Below, in pieces: positions 28,063 through 30,680 of a stretch of DNA of 30,680 nucleotides; position 1 is the first letter of the stretch; the number at the start of each line of letters is the position of its first letter. The position numbers were made by a program, and so were the translations under genes. The DNA is from Burkholderiales bacterium (lineage in GTDB: Bacteria; Pseudomonadota; Gammaproteobacteria; Burkholderiales; Usitatibacteraceae), in contig JANOEV010000146.1 of NCBI GenBank assembly GCA_031413695.1, positions 1 to 30,680 of the forward strand. Direction: 5' to 3'. The notes beneath the pieces are model-generated. The model saw nothing but the letters and a program-made list of their open reading frames with translations. It made no database searches and was not told the origin of the DNA.

Positions 28063-30393
28063 ATGATGCGTGAAATTCAACAATCGTCGCTGTTTTTTGG
28101 TGCCAACGCACCATATATCGAAGAGTTGTACGAGCAATACCTCGCCGACGCGGCCTCGGTACCGGAAAATTGGCGCAAGCAATTTGACAGCCTGCCCAAT
28201 GTTGCCGGTAATGCGCAAAAGGACGTGCCGCATTCGCCGGTGATTGCCGCGTTTGAGCGGCTGGCGGCTCAGGGCGGTGCCAAACGCATCGCCTATGTCG
28301 CGGTTGGCGGGGCTGCGGCTGGTGGTGGCGACAGCAAAAAGTCGTTCAGGGTATTGCAATACATCCGCGCGCACCGGGTAATGGGCGCGCGCAACTCCTC
28401 GCTCGATCCGTTGAAGCGGATGGAGCGCATGAATGTGCCGGAGCTTGAACTTGCCTATTACGGATTGTCCGAGGCCGATCTCGAGCAGGAATTTGGTTTT
28501 GGCTCGTGGCAGGGGAGCATCGGCGGGCACGCAGAGAAGGCGAAACTGAAGGACATTGTTGCGGCGGTGAAAAAAACCTATTGCGGCACGGTTGGTGCCG
28601 AATATATCTATATTTCACAAACCGAGCAGAAGCGGTGGATCCAGGGGCAGCTCGAATCGGTCCAGTCACAGGCTGCGCTTAACAAGGAAGAAAAACAGTT
28701 CCTGCTTGACCGTCTGACCGCCGCTGAGACGCTGGAAAAATATCTGCATACGCGTTATGTCGGTCAAAAACGTTTTTCACTCGAGGGTGGTGAAACGCTG
28801 ATTCCATTGGTCGATGACATCATCCAGGTGGCCGGCGCCAAAGGGGTGAAAGAAGTTGTGCTGGGCATGGCCCACCGCGGCCGGTTGAATATTCTGGTGA
28901 ATTCGCTGGGCAAATTGCCGGCTGATTTGTTCGACGAGTTTGAAGGCAAGAAAAAAACCGACGTCGGTTCGGGGGACGTGAAGTACCACCAGGGTTTTTC
29001 GTCGGACATCCAAACCAACGGCGGCAGTGTGCATTTGACATTGGCGTTTAACCCGTCTCACCTTGAAATTGTGAATCCGGTTGTTGAGGGCAGCGTGCGT
29101 GCGCGCCAGCAACGCCGTCACGATGTCGAGGGCAACGAAGTCATTCCGCTGTTGATTCATGGCGACGCGGCATTTGCCGGGCAGGGCGTCATCATGGAGA
29201 CGATGGCGCTGTCACAAACGCGCGGCTTTAAAACCGGCGGTACGGTCCATATCGTGGTCAACAATCAGGTTGGTTTCACCACCTCCGATACAAGGGATTC
29301 ACGTTCGTCCCTGTATTGCACTGACATTGCCAAGATGATCGAGGCACCGGTATTTCACGTCAATGCCGATGATCCAGAGGCCGTCTTGATGGTCGGACGC
29401 ATCGCGCTTGATTACCGCATGAAGTTTCACAAGGATGTGGTGATTGATCTGGTGTGTTTTCGCAAGCTCGGCCACAACGAGCAGGACGAACCGTTTGTCA
29501 CGCAGCCATTGATGTACAAAAAAATCGCCCAGCATCCGGGCACGCGCAAACTTTACGCCGACAAACTTGCCGCGGAAGGAACGGTCGGGGCGACTTATGG
29601 CGATGATTTGGTCACAAATATCCGCGCCCGGCTTGACGCCGGCAAGAGTACCAATACCAAAATTTTGTACGGTATCAAGCCGCCGCTCGCCGTCGATTGG
29701 GCACCGTATCTTGGCAAGGATTGGCGCGCCGGTTTTGACGCGTCGTTGCCAATGGCCAAGCTGAAGTCCTACGCCGAGCGGTTGACACAGATTCCGTCGG
29801 ATTTTAAGTGTCACATGTCGGTCGAGAAGTTATTGGAGGCGCGCCGCAAGATGGGCAGGGGCGAATTGCCGCTTGACTGGGGCATGGCCGAGAATCTTGC
29901 CTATGCCTCGTTGGTGGCGGCAGGTACGCCGGTGCGGTTGAGCGGTCAGGATTGCGGGCGCGGGACATTTGCGCACCGTCACGCCGTGATGCATGACCAA
30001 AACCGTGAGAAGTGGGATTCGGGAACATACGTACCGCTGCAAAATATCGCCGAAAAGCAGGCCAATTTTGTGGTGATTGATTCGTTGCTTTCCGAAGAGG
30101 CGGTGCTGGGTTTTGAATATGGTTACGCGTCGGCACAACCGTTCGAGCTGGTGATCTGGGAGGCGCAGTTTGGCGATTTTGCCAACGGTGCGCAGGTGGT
30201 GATTGATCAGTTCATCAGCTCAGGCGAATCCAAATGGGCGCGTTTGTGCGGGCTCTCATTATTCCTCCCGCACGGATATGAAGGCCAGGGGCCGGAACAC
30301 TCGTCGGCGCGACTCGAGCGTTTCCTGCAGCTATGCGCGGAACACAATATCCAGGTGGTGGTGCAAGTGGTTCCGAAAATGTGGTTCCGGTAA
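28063..30393 (+). CDS. sucA: 2-oxoglutarate dehydrogenase E1, 3'-truncated (authentic sequence ends near 30360; roughly 170-180 aa missing)
   Basis: GQKRFSLEGGE, GMAHRGRLN, GDVKYHQG, FNPSHLE, HGDAAFAGQG, LSEEAVLGFEYGY, WEAQFGDF, LPHGYEGQGPEHSSARLERFLQLCAEHNIQV, then abruptly QVVPKMWFR*. The C-terminal RKPL..TPKSLLR region is absent. Confidence 0.93.
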   Translation: MMREIQQSSLFFGANAPYIEELYEQYLADAASVPENWRKQFDSLPNVAGNAQKDVPHSPVIAAFERLAAQGGAKRIAYVAVGGAAAGGGDSKKSFRVLQYIRAHRVMGARNSSLDPLKRMERMNVPELELAYYGLSEADLEQEFGFGSWQGSIGGHAEKAKLKDIVAAVKKTYCGTVGAEYIYISQTEQKRWIQGQLESVQSQAALNKEEKQFLLDRLTAAETLEKYLHTRYVGQKRFSLEGGETLIPLVDDIIQVAGAKGVKEVVLGMAHRGRLNILVNSLGKLPADLFDEFEGKKKTDVGSGDVKYHQGFSSDIQTNGGSVHLTLAFNPSHLEIVNPVVEGSVRARQQRRHDVEGNEVIPLLIHGDAAFAGQGVIMETMALSQTRGFKTGGTVHIVVNNQVGFTTSDTRDSRSSLYCTDIAKMIEAPVFHVNADDPEAVLMVGRIALDYRMKFHKDVVIDLVCFRKLGHNEQDEPFVTQPLMYKKIAQHPGTRKLYADKLAAEGTVGATYGDDLVTNIRARLDAGKSTNTKILYGIKPPLAVDWAPYLGKDWRAGFDASLPMAKLKSYAERLTQIPSDFKCHMSVEKLLEARRKMGRGELPLDWGMAENLAYASLVAAGTPVRLSGQDCGRGTFAHRHAVMHDQNREKWDSGTYVPLQNIAEKQANFVVIDSLLSEEAVLGFEYGYASAQPFELVIWEAQFGDFANGAQVVIDQFISSGESKWARLCGLSLFLPHGYEGQGPEHSSARLERFLQLCAEHNIQVVVQVVPKMWFR

Positions 30394-30680
30394 CCTTACT
30401 GACGAAGATGTCAAATCCTCCCAAGCTACCACCCCGGGAGGAGGGGATGTACATCGTTTTGCCTTCAGGGCTAAGGGTAAACCCCTTAGAAAAAGAAAGT
30501 GCGGTTATTTTTTTGGGTAGCATAATCGGCTCTTTCCAATCCATTCCTGCCCGCACTGCCATAAATGTGGTTGGCACATTGTCCTCGGTATTATCGCAAG
30601 TGAACATCAGGGTGTTTCCATCCAGGCACACGTAAGGCGCCCAATAGTTGAAAGAAGGGTTATTTAAGGCAGGGCCAAGT
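30360..30680 (-). CDS. Internal fragment of a PD40 (WD40-like/TolB-type) repeat protein; enters from the right edge and is cut at the sucA junction
   Basis: Frame is open from the window edge: LGPALNNPSFNYWAPYVCLDGNTLMFT...WKEPIMLPKKI...FTLSPEGKTMYIPSSRGGSLGGFDIFVSK..TTFSEP, i.e. two PD40-like repeats. It then reads into antisense sucA to a stop at 30215. Confidence 0.75.

Noticed and set aside
30367-30389. Direct repeat GTGGTTCCG x2 beside the sucA junction, as a target-site duplication
   Set aside because: Both copies lie on the foreign side, 14 bp apart, within the PD40 reading frame (GTTFSEP); a TSD should flank an element.
966-30520. The many 60-260 aa alternative-frame ORFs overlapping recognised genes
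   Set aside because: No family motifs; expected in GC-rich DNA; each lies within a confidently identified gene.
1-30680. CRISPR array, tRNA/rRNA genes, transposase or integrase
   Set aside because: No regularly spaced repeats, RNA-gene signatures or recombinase motifs were seen.

Overview
A betaproteobacterial-type central-metabolism region of roughly 55-60% GC. In order: a partial exported TPR gene, rlmM, three co-oriented exported-protein genes (TonB-C-terminal lipoprotein, methyltransferase-fold lipoprotein, TraB/GumN), then a ~12.7 kb minus-strand run (Mcl2/CitE-like, mesaconyl-CoA hydratase-like, second CitE-like, prpB, GNAT, VOC, prpC, acnD, prpF, acnA). That run is divergent from an SdhR-like GntR/UTRA regulator with a visible palindromic operator. 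A class II ribonucleotide reductase (nrdJ, with an upstream FNR-type box) and an orphan hicB separate the regulator from sdhCDAB-sdhE-gltA-sucA. sucA breaks off at about 30360-30370, where the sequence switches to lower-GC DNA (hand count ~48% vs ~59%) encoding a PD40-repeat beta-propeller fragment; this is most simply a chimeric/misassembled join. The best candidate for new biology is the C5-dicarboxylyl-CoA module (Mch-like plus an atypical Mcl2-like enzyme) placed at the head of the methylcitrate operon where mdh usually sits. All family calls come from reading motifs by eye; no database searches were run.
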